Source: Candidatus Leptovillus affinis (GTDB taxonomy: Bacteria; Chloroflexota; Anaerolineae; Promineifilales; Promineifilaceae). From it: a stretch of DNA of 64,000 bases. The notes under the pieces were generated by a model. That model was given only the letters and a program-made list of their open reading frames with translations. It was not told the DNA's origin and made no database searches. Positions 10,601 through 19,239 of the stretch are shown here, in pieces (within the stretch, counting starts at the first letter, position 1; each line of letters opens with the position of its first letter). A program made the position numbers and the translations under genes. The DNA lies in assembly GCA_016705235.1 (NCBI GenBank), contig JADIYP010000005.1, positions 190,067-254,066 of the forward strand, written 5' to 3'.

Positions 10601-10908
10601 ATTATTTACGTGAGAAGGGTTATCGGTTATTGGTGGCGCGGAACGGCCGTGAAGCCATCGAGCAGGCGGCTATGCTGCCGGATTTGGTTCTGATGGATAT
10701 TCAGATGCCGGAAATGGACGGGTTGCAGGCGATTAAACGGCTGCGAGCAGATGAGACAACGGCCGTTTTACCCATCATCGCCCTGACAGCCCTGGCAATG
10801 CCCGGCGACCGCGAACGCTGCCTGGCCGCCGGAGCCGACGCTTATTTGAGCAAGCCCCTCAGCCTGAAAGCTTTGCTGGCGGTGATTGAGATGTTTCCCA
10901 AAGCGTGA
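7675..10908 (+). CDS. Hybrid sensor histidine kinase (multi-TM N-terminus, two GAF-like regions, HisKA, HATPase_c, C-terminal receiver)
   Basis: H-box SHELRTPLNALLG. ATPase boxes LLSNAVKFT and GTGLGLS. C-terminal REC segment LILLAEDNEI...DLVLMDIQMPEMDG...SKPL. The exact start is uncertain because several in-frame Met codons are available. Confidence 0.9.
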   Translation: MREILPHKPGHSMHFGGPVVNASALLLSALTGIIMTLSSPTKAVTRIRIYGTLFVLMAVARYLLPPDAWQGNLTRHMALEFMAAMLAGFVGMLALVRYFTRRDNVFLFIGVGFVGAGLLDGLHVLAIYPHLADILPWLEFAPRWIWNTSPTFLSILIFGSWLTWRREVETGWYGRMTGRRLFILIFSLTLVNLLLFVLVAQSEAAPTLPLARVELFISTTFYLWALVNYLAKGHWQHDAFEHWLVVALLLSFSGQMFFMFSSVALFDAFFEVALALKLVGYFCVLVGLMGSIVIIFRQAAGSAAQLQQANDLLQQEIAERQRAERAEYEQRRLAEALREVGNALSATLDFDQLLERLLDQIAHVVPYDTANVMLLRGAEVDIVCTRGYGRSQTPLINHFALVEMPSLQQMAQSRQPLVIPDISADPDWVRADASPHVRSWAGIPIAVQQEVVAFLALNYSQPNFYQPAHATRLAAFAGQAAIAIQNARLYKALQQRVAELTTLNQISHAVTSSLDLQTTLTIVTAQATRLLDVDATSVVLLDREQGDLWFAAAFGQAAEFVRGKRLALGQGIVGWVVEHGQPLLITDAKADQRHFPNFDEVSKFTARTLLCAPLQVKGQTIGAIESINKATGPFDEADLRLLTLLAGPAAAAIENARLYEQARREIEERLRAEAALQAERAQLAQHVAERTADLSAANAELARANRLKDEFLASMSHELRTPLNALLGIGEALQEGVYGTLNNNQSRSLRSIEESGRHLLNLINDILDLSKIEAGKLALEPGPVSVREVCQASLRFIRQEAHKKALLVDLSVDPVVTTIWADERRLKQILVNLLSNAVKFTAVGGHIGLEVQGDAAQRAVCFVVWDQGIGIAPEDMQKLFRPFVQLDSRLSREYNGTGLGLSLVYRMAELHGGSVGLTSEVGRGSRFTVRLPWDPADKLGRPVNKTAQSPTAVQATEGKLILLAEDNEIFIETVGDYLREKGYRLLVARNGREAIEQAAMLPDLVLMDIQMPEMDGLQAIKRLRADETTAVLPIIALTALAMPGDRERCLAAGADAYLSKPLSLKALLAVIEMFPKA

Positions 10909-10956
10909 AGCGCATGGCGGACCACAATCGTCTTGCCGACTTTTGGGGTCTGTGTA

Positions 10957-12033
10957 ATGACAATGAACGAGCAACCGGTAATTTTGATTGTAGATGATGA
11001 TTTTACGGCGCGGCAGACGGCGGAAATGCTGCTGCTGCAAGAGGGGTATGCGCTGCATTTTGCGGCCAGCGGGCCAGAGGCGCTGCAACGCCTGCCGGAA
11101 ATAAACCCCGACGTGATTTTGTTGGATGTGATGATGCCAGGCATGGATGGGTTTGTGGTGTGCCGGGCATTGAAAACGGCCGTTGCCACCCAACACATTC
11201 CTGTTGTCCTGGTGACGGCGCTGGACAGCAAAGAAGATGTGGCGCGCGGCCTGGACGCCGGAGCCGACGACTTTATCCACAAGCCCGTGAACGGACTGGA
11301 ACTGCGTGCCCGCGTGCGGTCTATGCTGCGCATTAAGCAGCGCCACGATGAACTGCAAACGATGATGCGCCTGCGTCAGGATTTGTCGGACATGATCATC
11401 CACGATATTCGCAGCCCGCTGACGACCATTACGATGTACTGCGATTTATTGCAGCGTTATACGCCCCAACCCGAGGCGCAAGAGGCGCTGCACACCATCA
11501 CCGGCCAGGTGGTCCGGCTGAATGCGTACCTGACGGACATGCTGATGATGGCCAAGATGGAGCATGGCAAGCTGGTGCTGCTGCAAACGGCCGTTACCCT
11601 GAACGATCTGCTGCAAACGGCCTGCGACGCCTATCAGCCGCTGGCGGCGCAAAGGTCGGTGACGCTGGCTCTGGAAATGCCGTCGGAGCCACTGACCGCC
11701 AGCCTGGACGCAAATTTATGGCAGCGTGTGCTGGATAATTTGTTGTCTAATGCGCTGAAATTTTCGCCGGTAAACGGCCGTGTCACAGTGCAGTTACGGC
11801 CGTTACCCAACGCCCAATTTTGTGTGCAAGTCTGCGACGAAGGACCAGGCATTCTGCCGGAACACCGCGAGACAATTTTCGATAAATTCCAGATTGTGGC
11901 CGCCGGACAGCGCGAAGTGAAGCAGGTTGGGTTAGGGCTGGCTTTTTGTCGTCTGGTGGTAGAGGCGCATAACGGCCGTATCGCCGTCCACGCCAACGAC
12001 CCCCACGGCGCAATCTTCACAGTGGAAGCGTAG
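10957..12033 (+). CDS. Receiver-histidine kinase fusion (REC-HisKA-HATPase_c)
   Basis: REC segment ILIVDDD...DVILLDVMMPGMDG...HKPV, then H-box HDIRSPLTTI and ATPase boxes LLSNALKFSP and GLGLAF. I prefer the ATG at 10957 to the alternative start at 10933 used in the track. Confidence 0.85.
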   Translation: MTMNEQPVILIVDDDFTARQTAEMLLLQEGYALHFAASGPEALQRLPEINPDVILLDVMMPGMDGFVVCRALKTAVATQHIPVVLVTALDSKEDVARGLDAGADDFIHKPVNGLELRARVRSMLRIKQRHDELQTMMRLRQDLSDMIIHDIRSPLTTITMYCDLLQRYTPQPEAQEALHTITGQVVRLNAYLTDMLMMAKMEHGKLVLLQTAVTLNDLLQTACDAYQPLAAQRSVTLALEMPSEPLTASLDANLWQRVLDNLLSNALKFSPVNGRVTVQLRPLPNAQFCVQVCDEGPGILPEHRETIFDKFQIVAAGQREVKQVGLGLAFCRLVVEAHNGRIAVHANDPHGAIFTVEA

Positions 12034-12134
12034 AGCGAGAGGGTAGAGCGAGAGCGAGAGGAAAAAATAAGCATTCTTTTTCTACGCTCCGCACTCCCCA
12101 CTTCGCACTCCCCACTTTTTAGGAGGGCTTATAG

Positions 12135-12854
12135 ATGGCTCCAAACATATTATTGGTTGACGATGACACCGAATTGGTTCGCAGCTTGCGGTTGGTGCTG
12201 ACGCAAGATGGGTATGAAGTTCTGACGGCGCACAATGGGCTGGAAGGGCTGCAAACCGCCCACCAGATGCAGCCTGATCTGATTGTGCTGGATGTGAACA
12301 TGCCGTGGATGGACGGCCTGGAAGTTTGCCGCCGCCTGCGCCTGGACACCGACTCGGCGCTGCGCTTTGTACCCATCCTCTTTCTGACATCGCAAGACAG
12401 CGTGGATGACCATGTAACCGGCCTGGACGCCGGGGCCGATGATTATCTGGACAAGCCCTTTCAATCGAAAGAGTTAAAAGCGCGGGTGCGCGCGCTGCTG
12501 CGGCGGCGTGAAGCTGCCACAGCGCTGCCGGCTGCCGATACGCCAGAATTGACGGTGGGACCGTTGACGCTGCATTTGCAGGCGTGTTGGGTGCGCCGGG
12601 GCAGCGGCGAGGCGGTGCAGCTTACCCCGGCCGAGTTTGAGCTGTTGTACCACCTGATGACGCACCCGAAACGGCCGTTTTCCAGTGAGAACCTGTTGGA
12701 AGAAGTATGGGCCTACGCGCCTGGCACGGCCGATCCCAGTCTGGTGCGCTGGCACATCAAAAATCTACGCCTCAAGATAGAGCCAAACGCCAGCCAGCCG
12801 TCACTCATTCGCACGGTGTCTCGCCGGGGCTATATGTTGGTCCCGGAAGGATAA
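12135..12854 (+). CDS. OmpR/PhoB-family response regulator (REC + winged-helix DNA-binding domain)
   Basis: REC segment ILLVDDD...DLIVLDVNMPWMDG...DKPF. Winged-helix segment LTPAEFELLYHLM...VRWHIKNLRLKIE...IRTVSRRGY. Confidence 0.9.
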   Translation: MAPNILLVDDDTELVRSLRLVLTQDGYEVLTAHNGLEGLQTAHQMQPDLIVLDVNMPWMDGLEVCRRLRLDTDSALRFVPILFLTSQDSVDDHVTGLDAGADDYLDKPFQSKELKARVRALLRRREAATALPAADTPELTVGPLTLHLQACWVRRGSGEAVQLTPAEFELLYHLMTHPKRPFSSENLLEEVWAYAPGTADPSLVRWHIKNLRLKIEPNASQPSLIRTVSRRGYMLVPEG

Positions 12855-12880
12855 AGACCTATCAGATTTCGTAAGTCGGC

Positions 12881-12913
12881 CCTCACGCAAGCCTCACGCA
12901 AGCCTCGCGCCTG
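12881..12913 (+). promoter_or_regulatory. Three tandem 11-bp direct repeats (CCTCACGCAAG CCTCACGCAAG CCTCGCGCCTG) between the OmpR-type regulator and the archaellin gene; candidate response-regulator binding site
   Basis: Read directly in the sequence. The 11-bp period equals one helical turn, as is usual for OmpR/PhoB boxes. A second direct repeat, GCAGCGCA, occurs at 12970 and 12990. Confidence 0.3.
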
Positions 12914-13041
12914 GCCCACGCTCCGCAAGATAAGTCTGTTGTACAGTAAGTACATCGAACAAAAACGGTGCAGCGCAAAAATCGAATAAGCAGCGCACCG
13001 AGAAAAAAATCAACATTCATATCTTGCATAAGGAGCAAAAA

Positions 13042-13629
13042 ATGAACAGCAACAATTTTTGGAAGAAGTTGGGTCGGGATGAAAGCGGTATCACCGCTCT
13101 GGAAACAGCCATCATCTTGATCGCCTTTATCGTGGTAGCTTCGGTTTTTGCCTTTACCATCCTGTCAGCCGGTACATTCTCCACAGAACGTGGTAAAGAA
13201 GCCGTCTACTCCGGTTTAGGCGAGGTGCAGTCCTCAATGGAAGTCAAAGGCTCCCTCATCGCCACGGCCGCCGTTAGCGGCACCACCGCTGCAGAAATGG
13301 ACACGTTGGTCTTTACGGTCGGCAACGTTGTTGGCGGTGAACCGCTGGACCTGAATACAACGACTCCGGTGATGGTGGTCAATTACGTAGACTCGGCGCA
13401 GTTCGAGAATGACTTGCCCTGGAGCACGAACTGGATTGTGTCCCACGACGGTGACGAACTGTTGGATAAAGGCGAACTGGTAGAAATTACTCTGGACCTG
13501 AGCAGCCTGACCACTCCTCTGGGCATCAATACGCAGTTCTCGGTAGAAATGAAACCGCCCAAAGGCGCGGCGCTGAGCATCCAACGCACCACCCCGCCCT
13601 ACTTCGACCAGGTGATGGACCTGAAATAA
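13042..13629 (+). CDS. arlB: Archaellin (archaeal-type flagellin, class III signal peptide)
   Basis: N-terminus MNSNNFWKKLGRDESG/ITALETAIILIAFIVVASVFAFTILSAG. It closely resembles crenarchaeal archaellin N-termini of the form ...KGLAGLDTAIILIAFIITASVLAY. AAGGAG lies 6 nt before the ATG at 13042; the track begins at an upstream TTG at 13024. Confidence 0.8.
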   Translation: MNSNNFWKKLGRDESGITALETAIILIAFIVVASVFAFTILSAGTFSTERGKEAVYSGLGEVQSSMEVKGSLIATAAVSGTTAAEMDTLVFTVGNVVGGEPLDLNTTTPVMVVNYVDSAQFENDLPWSTNWIVSHDGDELLDKGELVEITLDLSSLTTPLGINTQFSVEMKPPKGAALSIQRTTPPYFDQVMDLK

Positions 13630-13713
13630 CAAATCACAAGTTGCCACATGAATGAACAGTTCAGCCGGGCTTATGAGTCCGGCTAAACTGTTGTCAGCAA
13701 TAGGAGCAGTCTG

Positions 13714-14268
13714 ATGGACATCGAACAAAGAGTGAAATCTCTGGAACAAGAAATGAAGATTTTGAAGAATCAGGTTCAAAAAACGTTATTGGACATTCAA
13801 GAACAAATTCTCGTTCATTACCATCCGGCGCTCCGTACAGAAGATGAATCGTACGACGAAATCAGTGCCCCGGCGCGGGGCGCGACCAGACCGGCGTACA
13901 GCAATGGGCAGCCGGCGGCGGATTTCGAGCCGAACCAGCCCACAGGGTTGAAGGTACGTCAGGTTTCTTTGGCCGATTTGCGCGAGACGACACGGCCGTT
14001 ACCCGAAAAACTCCCCGCCGCCGCCACGCCTCCCGCCGCCGCCGACCAGTCTTTTGCCGGTCTGGTAGATTGGGTTGGGGGCAGCGTAGCCAAGATTGGC
14101 GCCGAGCGAACCCGTAAGCTGCTGGACCTGCGCGCATCTTCCGGCGCGGTTCCCCCAGACGTATACGATACGTTGCAGCAGTTGATTGTGTTATGTGACG
14201 AGAATGAAGGGGCAGATGCGGCGGAAACGGCCGTTCTGCTGCAACAACTCGCCCAACTACTGAACTAA
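13714..14268 (+). CDS. Hypothetical coiled-coil protein in the archaellum cluster (possibly ArlC/D/E-like; speculative)
   Basis: N-terminal coiled coil MDIEQRVKSLEQEMKILKNQVQKTLLDIQEQIL, a Pro/Ala-rich linker and a C-terminal globular part. The functional suggestion rests on position only. Confidence 0.4.
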   Translation: MDIEQRVKSLEQEMKILKNQVQKTLLDIQEQILVHYHPALRTEDESYDEISAPARGATRPAYSNGQPAADFEPNQPTGLKVRQVSLADLRETTRPLPEKLPAAATPPAAADQSFAGLVDWVGGSVAKIGAERTRKLLDLRASSGAVPPDVYDTLQQLIVLCDENEGADAAETAVLLQQLAQLLN

Positions 14269-14331
14269 CCACCGACAGATTGGTCCCATTTATTCGCCGG
14301 GTCTAATCGCTACAAGTACCAGAGGCATCAC

Positions 14332-14841
14332 ATGGACAAAGCAATCATGACCACAATGCTCATCGTCATCAGTATGGTGATGGGAGTTCTCCTGTTTAAC
14401 GCCGCCTATCCGGCCATCATCGAAAGCAACGACGCCATGACCAGCATGACCAGCCGCGCCGACGAAAAGCTAAAAAGCCAGATCACCATCGTCCATTCCG
14501 TGGGCGAGCTAGACAGCAGCAGTTGGTGGCAAGACACCAACGGCGACGGCGATTTCGACGTATTTGCCTGGGTTAAGAATGTGGGCGAAACGCGCATTGT
14601 GGCTTTGGAACAAACCGATGTGTTTTTTGGTCCTGAAGGCGCATTTAACCGCATTCCGCATCAAAGCGTCGCCAGCGGTTACCCCTATTGGACCTGGCAG
14701 GTGGAAAACGGCGGCCAATGGACGCCAACGGCCACCTTAAAAATTACCATTCATTATGGCGTGCCTTTGGGAAGCGGCCGTTACTTCCTCAAGGTCATCA
14801 CTCCCAACGGCGTAGACGCCGAATACTTCTTCAGCATGTAA
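14332..14841 (+). CDS. ArlF/ArlG-like archaellum protein (single N-terminal TM helix plus beta-rich domain)
   Basis: N-terminus MDKAIMTTMLIVISMVMGVLLFNAAYP. Its size and its position right after the archaellin fit FlaF/FlaG-type proteins. Confidence 0.5.
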   Translation: MDKAIMTTMLIVISMVMGVLLFNAAYPAIIESNDAMTSMTSRADEKLKSQITIVHSVGELDSSSWWQDTNGDGDFDVFAWVKNVGETRIVALEQTDVFFGPEGAFNRIPHQSVASGYPYWTWQVENGGQWTPTATLKITIHYGVPLGSGRYFLKVITPNGVDAEYFFSM

Positions 14842-14868
14842 ATCTGTTGAAAAAGTGGGATAGCTTTT

Positions 14869-15396
14869 ATGGAAACCATACTGACTGCTTTTATTGTCCT
14901 GGCTCTCATCTTGTTTGCCAGCCTCACCATTTTCACCGGCTACCTGAACGCGCAAGACACGCTGCGCGCCTCCTGGCAAGAGATGCAGACCCGCCTGAGC
15001 GACCAGATGCACACCGACCTCACGCCCATCTTGGCGCAAACCAAAAGTTCTGGCGCGGTCATCGAGCTAACACTGCGCAACGACGGCGACACCCGCCTGG
15101 CCGATTTCGCCGATTGGGATGTCATCGTCGAATACTACACCCCGCCTGGCGACCTTGCGGTGGGCTGGTACAGCTACAACGTCGGCGAACCGGCCGCCGG
15201 TGAGTGGAGCGTGATTGGCATTTATATAGACGCGGCCACGGCCGAGGGCGAAGTGTTTGAACCCGGGATTCTGAATCCGGGCGAGGAAGTTTTGCTGCGT
15301 CTGCGCGCCTTGCCCCCGGTCGGACCAAGCACCACCAATATGTTGACCATTGCCGCCGAGAATGGCGTGAGCGCCAGTATGCAGTTTGTGCGTTGA
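14869..15396 (+). CDS. ArlF/ArlG-like archaellum protein (second paralogue)
   Basis: N-terminus METILTAFIVLALILFASLTIFTGYL, about 175 aa, with the same architecture as 14332..14841. Confidence 0.5.
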   Translation: METILTAFIVLALILFASLTIFTGYLNAQDTLRASWQEMQTRLSDQMHTDLTPILAQTKSSGAVIELTLRNDGDTRLADFADWDVIVEYYTPPGDLAVGWYSYNVGEPAAGEWSVIGIYIDAATAEGEVFEPGILNPGEEVLLRLRALPPVGPSTTNMLTIAAENGVSASMQFVR

Positions 15397-15495
15397 TTGC
15401 CAGGCGCCTGGTTCAGGCGCAAGGCAACCTTTTTTTAGACATCGTAACCGATGCCATTTATTAGCAGTTCTGGCAAGTTTAACCGAGGGAAAAGC

Positions 15496-15903
15496 ATGAT
15501 TCAATTATCACCACCAGCCCGCAAGTCGGACCCGATTGATCTGGCCTATGCCCGCGACATCGTAGATGGCGACCTGGAATTGTTGCAAGAGATCGTGACG
15601 CTCTTTTTGTTCGATTGTTCGTACCAGGTGGCGGCGCTGCAAGAAGCTGTAGCCTCAGGCAGTGGAAACGCTGTAACAGCCAAAGCCCACCGCCTGAAGT
15701 GCAGCCTGGGTAACATCGGCGGTTGGCAGGCGTATCAATTGGTCTGCGAGATGGAACTCATGGGCTTGAGGAATGATCTGAGCGGGGCAGATGAGTGTTT
15801 GTTCCACCTGACAGCCGCGATGGAAGACATTGTGGCTTTCTTTGCGCAGCCGAACTGGGCGGAACAGGCAGAAGATGGGGCGACGTTCGACGAGGCACAA
15901 TGA
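15496..15903 (+). CDS. HPt (histidine phosphotransfer) domain protein
   Basis: AKAHRLKCSLGNIG fits the HPt H-x-x-K-G/S motif within a four-helix-sized protein. The ATG at 15496 follows GAGGGA. The stop overlaps the next start (ATGA at 15900). Confidence 0.65.
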   Translation: MIQLSPPARKSDPIDLAYARDIVDGDLELLQEIVTLFLFDCSYQVAALQEAVASGSGNAVTAKAHRLKCSLGNIGGWQAYQLVCEMELMGLRNDLSGADECLFHLTAAMEDIVAFFAQPNWAEQAEDGATFDEAQ

Positions 15904-16325
15904 ACCATTCGCATCGCATCCTGGCAATAGATGATGATCCGCTGACGCTGCACATTGTAGAGCATGTGCTGCAAAAGCATGGGTATGAGGTATTTACGGC
16001 TGGTAACGGCCACGATGGCCTGGAATTGGCCCGTGTTCTAAAACCCGACCTGGTGATTTTGGACATTATGATGCCGGGGTTGGATGGCTTTCAGGTGTGC
16101 CGCAAGCTGCGCGAAAACCCGGAAACGGCCGTTATCACCGTCCTCATGCTCACAGCCCGTGGCGCCATAGACAAACCGGTCAGCGACCCGGTGGATTTTG
16201 CCCAGCGGGTGCGCGACCAGCTTAACGGCTACCACGTGGGCGCATCCGATTTTCTGACCAAGCCGGTTAAAGCGGCCGTTCTGGTGGAAAGAGTGCGCTC
16301 GTTAATCTGGAGCGGTAGGAATTAA
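15900..16325 (+). CDS. CheY-like single-domain response regulator
   Basis: RILAIDDDPLTL...DLVILDIMMPGLDG...TKPV. Confidence 0.85.
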   Translation: MNHSHRILAIDDDPLTLHIVEHVLQKHGYEVFTAGNGHDGLELARVLKPDLVILDIMMPGLDGFQVCRKLRENPETAVITVLMLTARGAIDKPVSDPVDFAQRVRDQLNGYHVGASDFLTKPVKAAVLVERVRSLIWSGRN

Positions 16326-16326
16326 A

Positions 16327-17385
16327 ATGGCACAGAAGATTTTGGTCATTGAAGATGATGTGCAGATGTTGGCATGGACCCAAGGCCTCCTGGAAGACGA
16401 AGGCTACGATGTGCTGGTGGCTATTGACGATGGGGCAGGATTAAAAACGGCCGTGTCCGAAAAACCCGATCTCATCCTGCTAGACATTTTTTTGCCCGGC
16501 ATGGACGGCGAAGAAGTCGCCCGCTATTTACGCGCCGACCCCGAAACGGCCGAAATCCCCCTCATCATGCTCGCCAACGACAGCCAGCTAGACAGCCTCA
16601 CCATCGGCCACGAATCTCCCGTAGACGATTACCTCATCAAGCCCTTCGATGCCGTTACACTGGTCACTAAAATCCTGCCCTACCTGGGTCGCAAAGGACC
16701 GCAAAAAAGCGTCATTTCCTCCGGCAACGGCGAATTAGACAGCAAAATGGGCGGCGGCATTCCCTTAGGCTCTCTCACCCTTGTCGAAGGCAGTTCTGGG
16801 GCCGGCAAATCCGTCCTTTCGCAGCAAATGATATTTGGCTCCCTAAACGACAGCTTCACCCTATCGCTGTTTACCAGCGAAAACAGCGTCAGAAGCCTGG
16901 TGAAACAAATGCGCAGCCTGGACCTGGATATTCTGGACTATTTGCTCCTGGGCAAAATCCGTGTTTACCCGATGGAACTATCCCGTTTAGGCAACACAGC
17001 CCCCCGACTGCTGCTTCAGGCCATGAGCCAGGAAACCAGCCGCGACATGATCATCGTCGATTCGTTGACGCTGGCTATTGGCCAATCCACCCTCGAAGAA
17101 GTATTGGGGTTTTTTGAGGAATGCAAGCGGCTTTGCGCGCGCGGCAGCAGCATCATCCTCATCTTACATTCCCACGCGCTCAACAGTGAATTGTTGGTGC
17201 GCATCCGCTCATTGTGCGACGCGCATTTGCAGCTTCGCACCGAAGAAGTAGGCAAAAAACTGGTTAAAACGTTGGAAGTAACCAAAGTTCGTGGCGCGGA
17301 CAAAACCACCGGCAATATCGTCAGCTTTGAAGTGGAACCCGGATGGGGTATGCGCGTCATCCCGGTAAGCAAAGTGAAGGGATAG
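16327..17385 (+). CDS. arlH: Receiver domain fused to ArlH/FlaH (KaiC/RecA-like archaellum ATPase)
   Basis: Residues 1 to about 125 form a REC domain: KILVIEDD...DLILLDIFLPGMDG...IKPF. The C-terminal part is ISSGNGELDSKMGGGIPLGSLTLVEGSSGAGKSVLSQQMIFGS...FTSENSVRSLVKQMRSLDLDI, matching the FlaH consensus and including a Walker A motif. Confidence 0.8.
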   Translation: MAQKILVIEDDVQMLAWTQGLLEDEGYDVLVAIDDGAGLKTAVSEKPDLILLDIFLPGMDGEEVARYLRADPETAEIPLIMLANDSQLDSLTIGHESPVDDYLIKPFDAVTLVTKILPYLGRKGPQKSVISSGNGELDSKMGGGIPLGSLTLVEGSSGAGKSVLSQQMIFGSLNDSFTLSLFTSENSVRSLVKQMRSLDLDILDYLLLGKIRVYPMELSRLGNTAPRLLLQAMSQETSRDMIIVDSLTLAIGQSTLEEVLGFFEECKRLCARGSSIILILHSHALNSELLVRIRSLCDAHLQLRTEEVGKKLVKTLEVTKVRGADKTTGNIVSFEVEPGWGMRVIPVSKVKG

Positions 17386-17481
17386 TCACGTAGTCTAGTA
17401 GTCAAGTAGTCTGGTAGCCATGACTACTCGACTAGACAACTACTCGACTAAACGACTACTCGGCTAAGCGGCTAAAAAATT

Positions 17482-19239
17482 ATGTCTCAATCAGTCCTTC
17501 CTTTCCCATTTCAAACAGGTGGCGCGCAGTGCAACCACGGTGTGGGATGCAGCCTGCAAATGGTGCTGCCGCCGCCGCTGCGCGACGCTTGCGAACGGGC
17601 AGATTTCCTGGCGGATTATTTGCACCAGGTTCCGTTGGGCGACATCGGGATTCCCGTGTATTACCCCACGCTTTCACGCAAGCTGCAACTGTTGGAACGA
17701 CGCAACCTCATTTATCCTATTGACGGCGGTTTGTTTGTCCACATTTACCCCGACGCTGTCGCGGCCCGCGACCATTATGTCTCCATAGAACCAACTGTAA
17801 TGGTGAATCTGGATGAGGTGATGCTGAAGATTGACGAGCGTCTGGTGGAATGGGCCGAAGACATTGGGGAGGTAGTAGACGAAGAAGAAAAGAAGCAGAT
17901 GCTGCTAAAGTTACTTGACCAAATTTGCACAACGGAACTGCCACAGGCTAATGGCAGTGGGAACGGGAACGGGAACGGCCGTACCCCATCCGCCAAAGCC
18001 GCCGCCAGAAAAAGCAAAACCGACCCCATTTACGTTACCGCGCAGCAACTGGAAGGCGTGCGTTACCGCGTCCTGCGCGACAAAGTTGGGCTTGGGCCAC
18101 TACAGCCGCTGCTGCTGGACCCCTACATAGAAGACATCAGTTGCAGCGGCGTCGGGGCCATCTTCGTTGAACACAAAATCTTCAAAAGCCTGCAAACCAC
18201 CATCAACTTCGAGACCCTGGACCAACTCGACGATTTCGCCGTCTGGCTGGGCGAATGGATCAAAAGCCCGGTGACTGTGCGCAACCCCATCGTGGATGCC
18301 GTGTTGCCGGATGGGTCACGTATTAACATTGTGTACGGCCGTGAGATCTCCAAACGCGGCAGCAACTTCACCATCCGCAAGTTCGGCGGTTCCACCACCA
18401 GCATCATGGAACTTATCGAATACGGCACGCTGGATTACACCATGGCCGCCTACCTTTCGCTCATCATGGAGGAGGGGATGAACGTCTTTGTTGTCGGGGC
18501 CACAGCCTCCGGCAAAACGACGACGTTGAACGCCATCAACACCTTCATTTTGCCGGAAGCCAAAATCATCACCATCGAAGACACCCCTGAAGTGATGGTT
18601 CCCCACAAAAACTGGATTCGGGAAGTCACCCGCGATATGGGGCGCGAGTCCGCAGGGGGCAGCGTGGGCATGTTCGATCTACTCAGAGCGGCGCTGCGGC
18701 AGCGGCCGGATCGCATCATCATCGGTGAAATTCGTGGCGAAGAAGGACGCATCGCCTTTCAGGCCATGCAAACCGGTCATGGCGTCATGTCTACCTTTCA
18801 CGCCGCCTCAGTGGAAAAACTGATCCAACGTCTCACCGGCGACCCCATCAACGTGCCCAAAACTTATATAGACAACCTCAACGTCGCCGTGGTGCAATCG
18901 GCCGTGCGCCTGGCCGACAAAAAAATGGCCCGCCGCATCCTTAGCATCAATGAAATCATCGGCTATGACCCTTATACAGAAAGTTTCTCCTTTCTGGAAA
19001 CTTTTCGCTGGAATCCGGCCAATGACACATTCGAGTTTCCCGGCTATATGAACAGCTTCTTGCTGGAAGAGCGCATTGCTATGCGGCGCGGCATTCCGCC
19101 CCAAAAGCGCAAAATGATTTATACCGAATTGAAACGCCGGGCAACCGTTTTTCAACGGCTGCATAAAGAAAAAGGAGTGCGTGGTTTTGATGACTTCTTC
19201 CAAATCCTTGCCGAAGCCCATCGCCAAAAGCTCTTATAA
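17482..19239 (+). CDS. arlI: ArlI/FlaI-type secretion-superfamily ATPase (archaellum motor/assembly ATPase)
   Basis: Walker A GATASGKTTTLNAI, Walker B DRIIIGEIRG, a His box TGHGVMSTFHA and an N-terminal FlaI-like region NLIYPIDGGLFVHIY...YVSIEP. Confidence 0.85.
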   Translation: MSQSVLPFPFQTGGAQCNHGVGCSLQMVLPPPLRDACERADFLADYLHQVPLGDIGIPVYYPTLSRKLQLLERRNLIYPIDGGLFVHIYPDAVAARDHYVSIEPTVMVNLDEVMLKIDERLVEWAEDIGEVVDEEEKKQMLLKLLDQICTTELPQANGSGNGNGNGRTPSAKAAARKSKTDPIYVTAQQLEGVRYRVLRDKVGLGPLQPLLLDPYIEDISCSGVGAIFVEHKIFKSLQTTINFETLDQLDDFAVWLGEWIKSPVTVRNPIVDAVLPDGSRINIVYGREISKRGSNFTIRKFGGSTTSIMELIEYGTLDYTMAAYLSLIMEEGMNVFVVGATASGKTTTLNAINTFILPEAKIITIEDTPEVMVPHKNWIREVTRDMGRESAGGSVGMFDLLRAALRQRPDRIIIGEIRGEEGRIAFQAMQTGHGVMSTFHAASVEKLIQRLTGDPINVPKTYIDNLNVAVVQSAVRLADKKMARRILSINEIIGYDPYTESFSFLETFRWNPANDTFEFPGYMNSFLLEERIAMRRGIPPQKRKMIYTELKRRATVFQRLHKEKGVRGFDDFFQILAEAHRQKLL

